Shown piece after piece: positions 21,174 to 35,800 of a stretch of 64,000 nt of DNA. The notes beneath the pieces were generated by a model. That model ran no database searches. It was not told where the DNA came from and saw nothing but the letters and a program-made list of their open reading frames with translations. The translations under genes were made by a program, and so were the position numbers. Every line of letters begins with the position of its first letter. Within the stretch, counting starts at the first letter, position 1. The DNA comes from Heptranchias perlo (Eukaryota): contig NC_090327.1 in assembly GCF_035084215.1 (NCBI RefSeq), positions 141,546,001 through 141,610,000 on the forward strand, read 5' to 3'.

Positions 21174-21561
21174 TTACTTGCTCTTGGTGCTCCCAGCGCT
21201 TTCCTTCCATAGCAGCACGGCCTGGATATTAGGCAGCCCCCCGCCCTGAGCGATGGTCACCCCCCCCAGCAGCTTGTTGAGCTCCTCGTCGTTGCGGACG
21301 GCCAGCTGCAGGTGTCTGGGGATGATGCGGGTCTTCTTGTTGTCACGGGCCGCGTTACCGGCCAGCTCGAGGATTTCAGCCGTCAGATACTCGAGCACAG
21401 CAGCCAGATAGACCGGGGCTCCGGCACCCACACGTTCAGCATAGTTCCCCTTTCGCAGGAGCCTGTAAACACGGCCCACAGGGAACTGCAGTCTGGCCCG
21501 GGATGAGCGAGACTTGACCTTGGCCCGAGCTTTACCGCTGGTTTTTTTCTCTTCCAGACAT
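21174..21561 (-). pseudogene. H2A: Histone H2A pseudogene (frameshift in A-run after codon 4)
   Basis: ATG TCT GGA AGA GAA AAA AAC CAG CGG TAA; the H2A core continues in another frame. No stem-loop, because CR1 sequence abuts the 3' end. Confidence 0.9.
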
Positions 21562-21637
21562 TTCCACAATCTCAGAAACACTTTCACAAAGAATGAAGAA
21601 ATCTTCCCGCACTCGCCCTTCTTATACCTTCTGGAGG

Positions 21638-22035
21638 AATGTAAGGAATCTTACAACACCAGGTTATAGTCCAACGGTTTTATTTGAAAATCACAAGCTT
21701 TCGGAGATTATCTCCTTCGTCAGGTGAGTGAGTGAATGAAAGGTTCTCAAATCGCATATCTTATATTAGGCTGGGAATCAAAGGTGTCGTTGGTGTTCAG
21801 ACAGGTTAGCCTCGGAAAACAGTATGTCCCAGTATGCTGAATACACAAGGGTCAAATTACACAGGCAAGGAGAGAAAGAGACCCGAAAGGCAGAGGGAGA
21901 GAATGTCCAGTTGTATTAAAAACAGATAACTTTTTTTTCCCGCTGGTGGGGTTACGTGGAGCGTGACATGAACCCAAGATCCCGGTTGAGGCCGTCCTCA
22001 TTGGTGCAGAACTTGGCTATCAATTTCTGCTCGAC
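21638..22035 (-). mobile_element. Penelope-like element 3' fragment inserted in the H2A promoter
   Basis: Reverse complement of ~9340-9752; lies between TATA (21621-21626) and CCAAT (~22052). Confidence 0.85.
21691..21727 (-). ncRNA. Minimal hammerhead ribozyme motif
   Basis: Reverse complement identical to 9664-9700. Confidence 0.7.
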
Positions 22036-22087
22036 TATAAGGTGAAATATGATTGGCTGTTGTGTCATTTCCGTTGATCGTGGGTTG

Positions 22088-22119
22088 GTGACATCTACTG
22101 TGTGGTAACTGGAACTGCA
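22088..22119 (-). promoter_or_regulatory. Putative CTCF site (core plus upstream motif)
   Basis: TGCAG-13 nt-ACAGTAGATGTCAC. Confidence 0.42.
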
Positions 22120-22231
22120 ACAGAGCGAGAAAGGATCCGTCAGAAATCATGAAGGCCAAAATCCAACAGTCTGCTTTGTCTGTTCAGGGTCTGATGTTTG
22201 GCAACTATTTTATTGTCTGTAGTTAAAGTCG

Positions 22232-22592
22232 CACGGGCTCGATGGGCCGAATTGCCTCCTCCTGTGCTGTAACCATTCTAAGATTCTATGAAAGCCAGTG
22301 GTCAGAATAAGGGGTCGCCCGTTTAAGATGGAAATGAGGAGGAATTTCTTCTCTCAGAGGGTTGTGAATCTTTGGAATTCTTTACCCTAAAAGCTGTGGA
22401 GGCTGAGTCATTGAATACATTCAAGGCTGAGTTAGACACATTTTTGATCAGCAAGGGAGTCAAAGGATATGGGGAAAGGGCGGAAAGTGGAGTTGAGGTA
22501 AAAATCAGATCAGCCATGGTCTCATTAAATGGCGGAGCAGGCTCGAGGGGCCGAAAGGCCTACTCCTGCTCCCATCTCTTATGGTCTTATGG
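22232..22592 (+). mobile_element. Two stacked CR1 3' ends
   Basis: gatgggccgaa..ttctatg tail, then RRNFFSQRVVNLWNSLP-type end with (tcttatgg)n tail. Confidence 0.8.
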
Positions 22593-22612
22593 TTCAGTTT
22601 CTTCAGTAGTGA

Positions 22613-22685
22613 GCGATGTTGGTATAGTGGTGAGCATAGTTACTTTCCACGCTAATTGACCCAGGTTTGATTCCCAGCCATTGCA
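22613..22685 (+). pseudogene. tRNA-Gly(TCC) pseudogene
   Basis: Matches vertebrate tRNA-Gly-TCC (tggtatagtggtgagcatag..ttcca..ggtttgattcccagcca). The B-box and stems are mutated. Confidence 0.8.
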
Positions 22686-23754
22686 ATTTAATCCGTTTTA
22701 ATACATTTACTTCAGAAAGGACAAGATTGAAATCGAATTTGATGCAGTTCAGATGGATTTTGTTTCCAAAACATAAACAGGTAGAATTTATAAAAGAATA
22801 CTTTCAAACTTCATTTCTTTTCCCTATAGAAGGAATGCATAGAGCCGGCACGGATTCGATGGGGCGAATGGCCTCCTTCCGTGCTGTAGCCTTTCTATGA
22901 TTCGATGTGTTGATTATTGTGTCAACGATTGCTGAATCAGGTGAGTGAAATGTGCCTGTATTATTGGATGAGTGAGTGATTTATTCTGCCTCTGTCAGTC
23001 TGTTCCTGTGTCAGTTCCGAGTACCGCAGTGAATGTGATACTAATGTTTTACACTGCTTCTGATTCTGCTTCTGATTCTAGCGCTGAGTGAAAGAGCAAG
23101 ACACACTTTGCCTTTGGATCTATTAGTGCGAGTTGCATTGAAAGGGCCTTTCACTATACCTGTAGAGGGAAAATAGACTGAAAATTCACTTCATCCGAGT
23201 CTGGTTCTTCACATCCAGCATAGGTTTCAGCTCCCGTCCGATTGCACCAGTGCGAGATTCAAATATCCGGTAAAGTGTTGGAGTGAGGCTCGAACCTAAA
23301 AACCCTGACCCTGATTCGAGTGTTTCCAACCGAGCCAAGCTGACACTATATTGGAAATAAGAGCTTGTATCTCTTGCACTTTCCGCGGGTGCGCGAACCC
23401 ATCTCTGGAAATACGTCCAGTTAAATTGATACTGGGGTGTACGTACCTCATGTGAAAGAGTGGGATCGAAATCCGAAATTTCTGTACCTGTTTGTACTTT
23501 CTCTGTCCGGGTATGGCAATGAAGGCGAAGAGAGTCAGTCTGGTGGAATTCAATTCCCTCCATTCTTGCGTATGGAAATGAAACTGTCTCTGTTTCAAAT
23601 TCCTCATATTGGTTAGTCTGGAATTGGTACGCTTGTCTGTCTGCTGTTGATTCTTAGTGTAAAATTAACAGCTACTGTTTCTGCCATAAGATGTACAGCT
23701 CAGAACTACTCCCATCTCCCGGTGTTGAAATGGATAGTTTATAAACATGAGTCT

Positions 23755-23910
23755 ATTTTAGACAGTTACATGGGTAAGATGGGTATAGAGGGATATGGGC
23801 CAAGTGCAGGAAATTGGGACTAGCTTAGTGGTATAAACTGGGCGACATGGACATGTTGGGCCGAAGGGCCTGTTTCCATGTTGTAACTTCTATGATTCTA
23901 TGATTCTATG
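23755..23910 (+). mobile_element. CR1 3' end, same family as the full-length copy
   Basis: Near-identical to 15531-15682 with (ttctatga)n tail. Confidence 0.9.
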
Positions 23911-24094
23911 AGTCCTGCCCCGCCTGACAGCCACTCCCTCCCTTTCTAAATTTCCAGTTTAAGTAAATGTCTGAGAACTGCGCGATAGCGCGATTTCAAC
24001 CCCGGAGATTGATTCTCAGTGTAAAATTAACAGCTAACTTCTCTTTATGAATTTCCCGTGTAAATACGTTACTATGAACTGCGCGCGAGATCAG

Positions 24095-24134
24095 AGCTCT
24101 TTCCATCGCCGATTTGGTGGCTCTGAAAAGAGCC
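24095..24134 (-). terminator. Canonical histone stem-loop and HDE of H3
   Basis: GGCTCTTTTCAGAGCC-ACCAA (24134-24119) and AAAGAGCT (24102-24095). Confidence 0.93.
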
Positions 24135-24167
24135 TTTGTTGCACTTGATGCTGAAGCCGGGTCGGGT

Positions 24168-25330
<1,163 letters not shown>

Positions 25331-26599
25331 GTCAGAGTGACGGACAGAGCGGAGAGCGGCCTCTGATCTTCCAGCTCCACCTCCAGTCCTCTCCACCCGC
25401 CAATTTCAAACCGTTTATCGATAATAAAACCGAAACACAGCGCTCCGCACAAAACCTTACACACTCGGGCTTCATATTCAAGGATTTCCAGAAAGCCGGA
25501 GTTTTAAATAAGCCCCGTTACAATGAACAGTCAGTAATATTCGTGACCTACACAGTCCCTTCTGTAACAAGTCAACCCGCCACCTTCCATTTCAATCCCA
25601 GACTCGATTGTATCCCCTCCCAGACCGGTTCAGCAGTTCACAAACACCTTATTCCAGCTGATTTGGAGAATCTCGTGTGTTGGAGTTTAAATTGTGATAG
25701 CGGCGGATCTCCGCCAGTTTTACCGTCTCACAGAGACTCTGGCCCCGAATCTGTGGAAAAAGAATGAACTGGGACTGGAGCCGAACAAACCACGAGATAC
25801 AGTGAGACCCGGCCCGGACATCCCATTCTCACCCGATCGCTGACCTGATCTCTGTTTTTCTGCTGAAATCTTGAAGTGAACTAAAACTTTACGTTAAATT
25901 TCGACTCCTGAGCTCGGCAGGGGAGGAGGGCGATTGTTTGACAGGGTTTTTAAAAAGTTTGCTCAAAACGGACTCGGAAATCCGGCGATGAGGCCGGACA
26001 CACAAACACAGTGACATCAATCTCACCCGCCCGCCCCTTTAACACTCTCTCTGACACAAAGTTCACATCCGCACATTTACGGGATAAACTGTTCGCCTGA
26101 TTGACAATTCCCGGGACAGGCTTTCCTCCCCGCTCGGCCTGTGCTGCGGATTCTCGGGGGTTAGTTGTAGTTTCCCAGCTCAGTAACTGTTAAACACTCT
26201 GAGGCCGGCGCTCCTCACAGTGTCTGGTCCCACATTCAGGGACAGGAGTCAATCCCAGCTGTGGCTGTGATAATCCATATCTGGTTTTAAATTATTATAT
26301 TGTTCGCACACTGAAATATGTTTAGTTAAGATTAAAATTCAAATTATCCGCTCTGGGTTCCTCCAGTCTCTTTGTGTTTCTCTCTCCTCCTAAACTAACT
26401 GACAGATAACAGTAACTGGTGTCCTATCGATCCCATTCTCAACACCCAGAGACGGCTGGTTACTGAATAAATTCAACACACAGACAGTGTCAGAGAGTTA
26501 CAGACTGTTTTTGTCAACCTTTCCTTTCAGGACTGGAGACAGATAAACGCACCGTCAGACCGGCTCATTCATAATAGAAGGGACAGTGACCGTCTCACC

Positions 26600-27060
26600 A
26601 ACAGCACACAGACACAGAATCAGTCTTTCACTATCTATCAGTGTGTCCATATTACGCTGAGTAACAGTATCTCGTCTTCGTGTACAGACTAGAGAGAGAG
26701 AGAGCGAGAGATACAGAAAAACACACAGACAGTGACACAGAGTATCAATCTCACGCTGGCCGTTGACCGTATGACCGTTTAACGCTAAGTAACAGTATCC
26801 CACTGTCATGTGCAGCGCTGGAGAGAGATACAGACAGACAGATAGACAGAGACACAAACAGACGGACACAGTATCAGTCTCACAATTCCGATCTGTGTGT
26901 CCGATGCACATTCCGTATACAGTATACCACCTTCATGTACATGGATAGAGAGATACAGACAGGCACAGTATCAGCCTTACAATTCCTATCAGTGTGTCTG
27001 TATCACGCTCAATAACAGTATCCCACCTTCATATACAGTACAAAGGAGAGCGAGAAACTG
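26600..27060 (+). repeat. Degenerate ~110-130-bp tandem repeat, about 4 copies
   Basis: Recurring cagtatcagtctcacaattcc..aacagtatcccac..gagagatacaga blocks. Confidence 0.45.
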
Positions 27061-27779
27061 ACCTGTAATGTCCCGTTTTCGCCCAGTAACAAATGGGAAT
27101 TATTCCGTTCCAATTGATATTCCACATTGGAGTGACAGAAGATACAGTCTCATCTCTCACTGATATTATTTCAGAGACAGATACGTTATTAATCACACTC
27201 TCAGGGACAGTGTCACAGATGTAACCCTGTTTTGCATGTTATACCCGCTGCAATCTTGCAGCTCAGGGCCGTTCGGTATTATTCTCAGTGACCGAGAGTT
27301 TCACTCCGATTGAAATAAACTGGGACTGTTGCTGTCAGATATTAATCCTACACGGTCCCAGCAAATACACCGACTCCCACTTTCCTCCCACGTTTCTCCG
27401 GGATTAGTTTGAGTAATCCACACTCCAGTTTCGGAGTCACACGTTACTTTATCAGTGAAGGGACCAAGAATGAACAGAGTACATTGGCTCATTTCACAGC
27501 CGTCCACTTTATCTGTGAAAGACTCTTTACCATCAAAACATACCGAGAGAAACAGCAGGGATGGAAACATCTGGTTTAATAGTTGGAGATTTTAAAGTCA
27601 GTCTGGATTCCAGCGTTAGGCACTGGTGGAATCCCATCTGTTTTCCATTCTGGTGCCTGTTCCTGCTCTGCCTGTAGACCCCATTCCCTCTGACCTTTCC
27701 CCCAGACCCACTTCCTTTGCTCAGACTGAAAAATTCCAACTGGGGAAAGTTTCCATCGATTTTTGTATTCAGAATTAAA

Positions 27780-28988
27780 CCTGATATCTGCGCATGCGTC
27801 ATTCAGCCCTGCACCAGCGCGGATTGTTGGTGAGCAGAAGAGCGCATGCGCGCTCCCCTCCCCCTGCTCGGCCTGTGGGGCCATTCCCTCAGTGAGTGGA
27901 AGAAGATGGTTTAAAACAGGCGGGAATGGAGAGATCACGGCCCCGGGGTAAGGGAGCAAACAGCAGCCTCGTTACAGCAGCTCATCGCTCCGGGACCGTG
28001 TCCGCAGATGGGCTCAGAGATCGGCATTGAGACCGGGGTAAGTTCAGGGGGAGTCCGGGGGCTGTTTGTAAGAGGCGGAGTGGATCAGGAACTGGTCCCG
28101 GAACATGGAGTGAGCGGGGAAGGGAGAGACCATTCTGGGGCTGTGTGTGTACAGGGTGTGTCCAGGGTAAGGGAGACAGAATGGGAAGAACCTGCTATTT
28201 AAAATCATTGCTGCTTTCTCTCCCCAAACCAGTAGTGAATGTTCCTGGTTTAGGTCCAGTCTCACCTTGTTTGTTGTTATTGGACAGTGAACAGTGGAAA
28301 CAGAGCCGGACAGTAAGGATGTGGGGAGTTATACAAAGATCATCTATTGCTGAGAAGTGTGAAGGACACATTTTAAACAGCGGCTGTTTGGTTTCCTTTG
28401 AACGGTTAGTCCAATAGGAGTGGGGATTAGAAATCTGACCTGTACAAAGGTCCCTGCCCCATCGGGTAGTCCCATTCATGGACCAGGACAGGGTTGGGTT
28501 GTGTCTGGATGTCACTAAATTGTTGTAAAACTGCCCTACACACCTGGTATGCTGAAACTGAGTGCTGCAGCACTGCAGTTGAGTCAAACACTGACACTGT
28601 ATCGCTGGTTTTCATTTGTGGATATTCAAAATGATCATTAACAGAGATATTAAACTGATCACTTTTGTATTTTCTACATGACCTGTTCTTGAGTTACAAG
28701 AGATACTTTTCTTCCTACAGGCAAATACTTGAAGGACCCAGAATAAATGTGATGCTTCCTCCACTCGAGGCACGAGGAACAGTGCAGCCAGCTCCTTCTC
28801 ACTCACAGTATGTACATTGTCACTCGCAGAGCACAGAGACACAGACAGGTCATCAATTCCACAATCTCAGACAGCAGAAGTAGTCACTCCAATACTGATC
28901 CCAAGTACCAAATATGCACAATCAATTCAATGGTCAGAGGCGGAGATCCAGATGATTCCATTTCACCTCAACTCAGTACCACCGACAG
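27780..28988 (+). pseudogene. Inverted paralog of the promoter plus three-exon module
   Basis: NRF1-like motifs at 27789 and 27842; donor at 28038; candidate exons 28233-28312 and 28721-28988. Confidence 0.5.
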
Positions 28989-30150
28989 GTAGATACATAA
29001 ATCCCAGTCCAAAATCACACCCACTGTTGCTTGAAATGCACTGCGTCAATCTCAAAATATTGCAGCCTTAGCTACAAACAAAATCGTAGATGGAACTGAC
29101 ACGCGGCACCCGATTGAAAGATACAGCATTAGCCCCAATAATATAACCCGAGATTCAACTTAAATAGCGAGCAGACCTTACACACGTTATGAGTTTAAAA
29201 GATGCTGAATTCATCCCAATTCTGTAACCTGAGATACAAATTACATACCAGTTCAAAATTCACGTACAGTATCAGTGAGAGATGCTGAAAGATAGTATAA
29301 CCTAAGATACAAAATTAGATACCAGTTCAGAAATCACTCATATTATGAAAATGAAAGTTACAATATCTTTTCGATTAGACCCAGAGCAACACATTACATA
29401 ACTGCAAACATCTCGTACAGTGACACCTGAAAGATACACTATCAGTTCCATTAGTGGAGACTGAACTACACATTACATACCGGTCCAATAATCTCATACA
29501 GCATCAGACTGAGCTACAGCATCAATTCCATTCGTGTTCACTGTGATACATAACATCATAGAAAATTTATGGCACAGAAGGAGGCCATTCGGCCCACCAT
29601 GTCCACTCAGCCCGAAAATGAGTGACCCAGCCTAATTCCACTTTCCAGCATTTGGTCCGTAGCCTTGTAAGTCACAGCACTTCAGGTGAACATCCAGGTA
29701 CTTTTTAAATGCGATGAGGGTTTCTGCCTCTACCACCCTTTCAGGCAGTGAGTTCCAGACCACCACCACCCTCTGGGTGAAAACAATTCTCCTCAGCTCC
29801 CCTCTAATCCTTCTACCAATCACTTTAAATCTATGCCCCCTGGTTATTGACCTCTCTGCTAAGGGAAATAGGTTCTTCCTATCCATTCCATCTCCCCACC
29901 TCATAATTTTGTACACCTCAATTGAATCACCCCTCTGTTCCAAAGAGAACAACTGCAGCCTATGCAATCTTTCCATATAGCTAAATTCCTCCAGTCCTGG
30001 CAACATCTTCATCAATCTCCTCTGTATCCTGTCTAGTGCAATTACATCCTTCCTGTAATGTGATGACCCGAACTGTCCACAGTACTCAAGCTGTGACATA
30101 ACTCGTGTTTTATACAGTTCCAGCATAACCTCCCTGCTCTTATATTCTAT

Positions 30151-30276
30151 TGTAAACAATTTTACAACACCAAGTTATAGTCCAGCAATTTTATTTTAAA
30201 TTCACAAGCTTTCGGAGATTTTCTCCTTCCTCAGGCAAATGTTTCAAGATCTCCTTGAAGCCTACGCATTTATACA
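30151..30276 (-). mobile_element. Short Penelope-like terminal fragment with TSD
   Basis: Same gttgtaaaattgtttaca end as 8513-8601; flanked by tatattctat (30141-30150 and 30277-30286). Confidence 0.78.
30202..30238 (-). ncRNA. Minimal hammerhead ribozyme motif variant
   Basis: TTGC-CTGAGGA-A-GGAGA/AAA/TCTCC-GAA-AGCT-T-GTGA; changes fall at N7, loop II and stem I wobble pairs. Confidence 0.62.
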
Positions 30277-30669
30277 TATATTCTATATTCTATGCCTCAG
30301 CTAATAAAGGAAAGTATTTCATATGCCTTCTTAACCACCTTATCTACCTGTCCTGCTACCTTCAGGGATCTGTGGACATGCACTCCAAGGTCCCTCACTT
30401 CCTCTACACCCCTCAGTATCCTCCCATTTTTTGTGTACTCCCTTGCCTTTTTAGCCTTCAACAGGTTTAATACTGGTACAAAAGGCACACAGGTTGTCTC
30501 ATTAAAACCTACAGCAAGAAATTCTGAAGTGCATCATATTTACAAATTAATTACAAGGTGGAAAACCACTTATACGTTCATATATTAAAGATAGAGTTTC
30601 AAACACAAAATTGTAAACTGAGTTCCAATTAAAACTCAGATATGGAATTATTCCTGACTTGTGCACTGT

Positions 30670-32600
30670 TCCAGAGACTGACAGAAACACAATGAATCCC
30701 ACACTCACACACAGTACCAGAGACTGACAGATTGAGAATGTATCCCACACTCACACAGCACTAGAGACTGAGAGATGCAGAATCAATCTCACACTCATAC
30801 ACAGTACTGGTGACTGACAGCAATACAATGAATCCCACACTCACACAGAGCACTAGAGGCTGATAGATACAGAACGAGCCCCACACTGACACACAGCAAC
30901 AGAGACTGACAGAAACAGATTGAATCCCACACTCACACAAAACACCAGAGATTTATAGAAACAGAATGAATTCCACACTCACACACAGTGCCAGAAACAG
31001 ACAGACGCAGAATGAATCACACACTCACACAGTATGAGAGACTGCATTTATTGATTGAATCCTACACACACACACAATATCAGAGACTGACAGATATTGT
31101 AAGAACCTCACACACACACATACTGTTCCAGAGACTGATAGATGCAGAATGACTCCCATCCTCACACGGATCCAGGTACTGACAGATACAGAATGAACCC
31201 CACACTCACAGACAGTGCCGAAGACTGACAGATACAGAATGAATTCCACACTGAGATAAAGTACCAGAGACTGACAGATGCAGAATCAATCCCACACTGA
31301 GATAAAGTACCAGAGACTGACAGATGCAGAATCAATCCCACACTCACACACAGAACCAGAGACTGACAGATACAGAATCAATCCCACACTCACACACAGA
31401 ACCAGAGACTGACAGATACAGAATCAATCCCACACTCACACACAGTACCAGAGAGTGACAGATACAGAATCAATCCCACACTCACACACAGTACCAGAGA
31501 CTGACAGATGCGGAATGAACCCCACACACATACACAGCACTGGAGACTGGCAGATGCAGAATGAATCACACGGTCACTCAGTATGAGAGACTGCATTTAT
31601 GGATTGAATCCTATGCTCACACACAGTATCAGAGACTGACGGATATAGTGAGAACCTCACACACACATGCAGTACCAGGGGCTGACAGATACAGTATGAA
31701 TACAACGCTAACAAAGATCCAGAGACTGACAGATACAGAATGAATCTCACACTCACATGATGCGGAATGAAACCCACACACACACACAGCACTGGAGACT
31801 GATATGAACACAATGAATCCCATTCTCACCACAGCACCAGGGACTGATAGATGCAGAATGAATCCCACATTCTCACACAGTATGAGATGTTCACAGATGG
31901 ACAATGAATCCAAAACCCACATACAGTACCAAAGATTCTTAGGTGCAGAATGAATATCACACTCACACAGTACCAGAGGGTGACAGATAAGTATTTAATC
32001 CCAAATGCATATACGGTACCAGAGGCTGACAGGTACATAATGATTCCCACACTGACACAGCACCAGCAACTGACAGATACAGATTGAATCCCACACTCAC
32101 ACACAGTACCAGAGACAGACAGATACAGAATGAATCACACACTCACACACAATACCAGAGACAGACAGATACAGATTGAATCCCACACTCACACACAGTA
32201 CGAGGGACTGACAGATACGGAATGAATCCCACACTCACACACAGTACCAGAGACAGACAGATACAGAATGAATCCCACACTCACACACAGTGCGAGGGAC
32301 TGACAGATACAGAATGAATCCCACACTCACACACAGTACCAGAGACTGACAGATACAGAATGAATCCCACACTCACACACAGTACCAGAGACTGACAGAT
32401 ACAGAATGAATCCCACACTCACACACAGTACCAGAGACTGACAGATACAGAATGAATCCCACACTCACAGACAGTACGAGGGACTGACAGATACAGAATT
32501 AATCTCATTCACACACAATACCAGAGACTGTATATATTTAAATAATCCCACACTCCCTTTAAGTACCAAATACTTACAGTTACAAAATGAATCCCACACT
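30670..32600 (+). repeat. 46-bp satellite array
   Basis: Same unit as 1-310; most homogeneous near 32100-32500. Confidence 0.9.
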
Positions 32601-32832
32601 CTGTATAGTGCATTTAGCAACTATTGAAGTAACAATCAATCAGTCAGCTTGTGTTGGAGATTGACCCGTGTAACAGAAATGCAGGCTGAGAGAACGTTGT
32701 CTGATTGATGAACTGTAAATATTAAAACAATGAATTCCATATTAAATAATAGCTGGTGGTTGCATTTCAAACATTCCTGGTATTTCTCTGTGCCTCCACT
32801 CGGTCTAACGCCACGGTTTGCGGTCAGCCTAA

Positions 32833-35800
32833 GGGGACATTTTCACTGCCGGCGGATCTTGTGCGGGAGAATCGGAAGAGTCGTGATAGGCCCGAATCTT
32901 TTTGATGGACCGGCCAACTTCGAATCTGATTGCTGGGCTTCCCATGTGTATTGCATCATTGATGGGCGGCTCGCCGATTTGTAAGGCCGGCAATTTCAGG
33001 CGGCCGGGATTTCCGGCGGGCCCAGCGCTTTTTAAACCGCCCTCTTGTACTTTCCACCGAGACACATTTTTTGGATGGCGATTTTGGGACTTGACCCTGA
33101 GGAATGTCAGAACCAAAAGATCTGAGATTCAGTGATGCAGCAGTGGAGGTTTTGGGTGAGGACCCGCAAGGAGGTCTTTTTCCCTCGGATGGAAGGAAGA
33201 TGCCCAGGTAGACACTACGCCAGGCCAGGTGGTGGCACTCAATGTGAATGCCGGGAGTCAGGTTCTCAGGACAGGAGTGCAGTGTCGCAAGAAGTCCAAC
33301 GACCTTACTCGGACTGCAAAAGTGAGTATGGTGTCCTGCTACCTCTGGACTGTGACTCCCGCTGCCTGCACTGAGGGACCGCTGCACGATCTGAGGTGCC
33401 ATCTTTCGGATGAGACATTGAACCCAGCTCCCATCTGCCCTCTCCAATGGATATAAAAGATCCCACAGCACAATTGGAAAATGAACAGTGGAAACATTTT
33501 ATCCTTATTTACTCTATCAAATCCCCTATCAACACCTCTAGTAAATCTCCTCTTAACCTTCTCTGCTCCAAGAAGAACAATCCCAGCTTCTCTGGTCTCT
33601 CCACATAACTGAAGTCCCTCATTCGTGGTACCATTCTTGCAAATTTCCCCTTATCCTTCTCTGCTCTGAGGAGAAGAATTCCAGGTTTCTTGGTTTCTCC
33701 ACATAACTGAAGTCCCTCATCCCTGGGATCATTCTGGTATATCTGCCGTTGGTCAGTGGTAGCATTCTCACCTCTGAGTCAGAGGGATGTGGTTTCAAAT
33801 CCCCACTCCATGGACTTGAGCATAAAATCTAGGCTGATGCTCCCATTGCAGCACTGAGGGAGCGCTGGACTGTCGGAGGAGACATCTTTTTGATGAGATG
33901 TCAAATCAAGACCCCATCTGCCCTCTCAGGTGGACATAAATGATCCCATCACAGTATTTCAAAGAAGAGCAGGTTTTCCGGCCAATATTTATCTATCAAC
34001 CAACACCACTAAAACATAGTAGGAGATGGCTAGGTGACAACTGGCTGTGGGGTTTGCTACATAAGAACATAAGAAATAGGAGCAGGAGTAGGCCATGCAT
34101 TCCCTCGAGCCTGCTCTGCCATTCAATATGATCGTGGCTGATCATCGACCTTAAGTCCACTTTCTCTCCCGATCCCCATATCCCTTGATTCCCCTAGAGT
34201 CCAAAAATCTGTCTAAGTCAGTCTTGAATATACTCAACGACTCAGCATTCACAACCCTCTGGTGCAAAGAATTCCAAAGATTCACAACCCTCTTAGTGAA
34301 GAAATTCCTCCTCAACTCAGTCCTAAATATCCGACCCCTTATCCCCTAGTTCCCCTCTCTATGTCCCCTTTCAGCATCTACCCTGTCAAGCCCCCTCAGA
34401 ATCTTATATCTTTCAATGAGATCACCTCTCATTCTTCTAAACTCCAGAGAGTATAGCCCCATTCTACTCAATCGTCCCTCATAGTTCAATCCTCTCATCC
34501 CAGGAATCAATCTAGTGAACCTTCATTGTACCACCTCCAATGGAAGTATATAATTCCATAGATAAGGAGACCAAAACTGTACATAGTACTCTTGGTGAGG
34601 CCTCACCAAAACCCTGTACAATTGCAGAGCGAATTCCCTACTTTTATACTCCACCCCCCGCCCCCCACCCATTGCAATAAAAGCCAACATGTCATTTACC
34701 TTCCTAATTGCTTGCTGTACCTGCATGTTATCATTTTCTTTTTCATGTACAAGGACACCTAAATGCCACTGAACACCAATAGTTACTCACCATTTAAAAA
34801 TATACTGTTGTTCTATTTTTCCTATCAAAGTGAATAACCTCACATTTCCCATATTATACTCCATCTGCCACCTTCTTGCCCACTCACGTAATCTGTCAAA
34901 ATTCCTTTGCAGACTCTTTGTGTCCACCTCACAACTTACTTTCGCATGTGGCGATGTATCGTCAGCAAACTTGGACACATGCAATTGGTCCCATCATCTA
35001 ATCATTAAAATAGATTGGAAATAGCTGAGGCCCAACCACCAATCCCTGTGGCACCCTCCTAGTTACAACCTGCCAACCCGAAAATGACCCGTTTATCCCT
35101 ACTCTCTGTTTTATATCTGTTTAGCAATCCTTAATCCATGCCAATATATTACCCCTAATCCCATGAGCCCTAATCTTGTGTAACAACCTCTTGTGTGGCA
35201 CCTTATCCAATGTCTTTAGAAAATCCAAACATACTACATCCACTGGTTCCCCATAATCTACCCTGCTCGTTAGGCCCTCAAAAACCTCTATTAGATTTTC
35301 CAACACGATTTCCCTTACGTAAAACCGTGTTGATTCGGCTTAATCATGTTCTGATTTTCTAAGCGCCCTGTTACTACGCCCTTAATAATATATTCGGACG
35401 TTACAACAGTTAGAAAGCACTTCATTTACCGTGAAGCACTTTGGGATGTCTTAAGATTGTAAAATGCGTTCGTTCTTCTTTTCTTTATATGGAGCTGCCT
35501 CACTCCATCTGCACAATGCCATTACAGCAACTACACATTAACTCATTCCCACTCTTTGTGCAGGACAAGTCTGCACACAAACCACGGAAGAGGACCTGCA
35601 CTCAAGACCTCACCCAGATGGAGCAGGATGTCCTGGATATCATTGGAATAGCCCGCAGGAGAAGAATGAAGAATGACAAGGCTCGAGGCCAAATACCACA
35701 AAATGGAGGCCTATTTCTCTTATCCTCTCTTTCTTTAAGCAATCACATAGGCAGTGTGGCACCCTGGAGCTGTATTGCGCTGCCACTCGCCTGCTACTGC

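Larger units (their letters stand above)
1..22837 (+). repeat. Segmental duplication, copy A
   Basis: Collinear and near-identical to 32295-49723. Initial offset is 32294 and paired ORFs recur in the ORF track. Homology ends after tatagaaggaatg (22837/49723). Confidence 0.93.
29555..30445 (-). mobile_element. 5'-truncated CR1, interrupted by a PLE fragment
   Basis: ORFs 29632-30159 and 30297-30488 encode the CR1 RT C-terminus. Confidence 0.87.

Noticed and set aside
21562-21587. Intact H2A from an upstream start (also 48097-48504)
   Set aside because: The start is GTG in the 5'UTR; the true ATG is out of frame and the stem-loop is lost.
26007-26240. CACAGTG heptamers as V(D)J recombination signals
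   Set aside because: No ACAAAAACC-like nonamer at 12 or 23 spacing and no V or J segments.
28227-28252. Hairpin AAACCAG..CTGGTTT as a snoRNA or miRNA
   Set aside because: Too short, and no C/D or H/ACA boxes.
28730-28732. Conserved in-frame TGA near the exon start as selenocysteine
   Set aside because: It precedes the likely ATG, so it is better read as 5'UTR; no SECIS identified.
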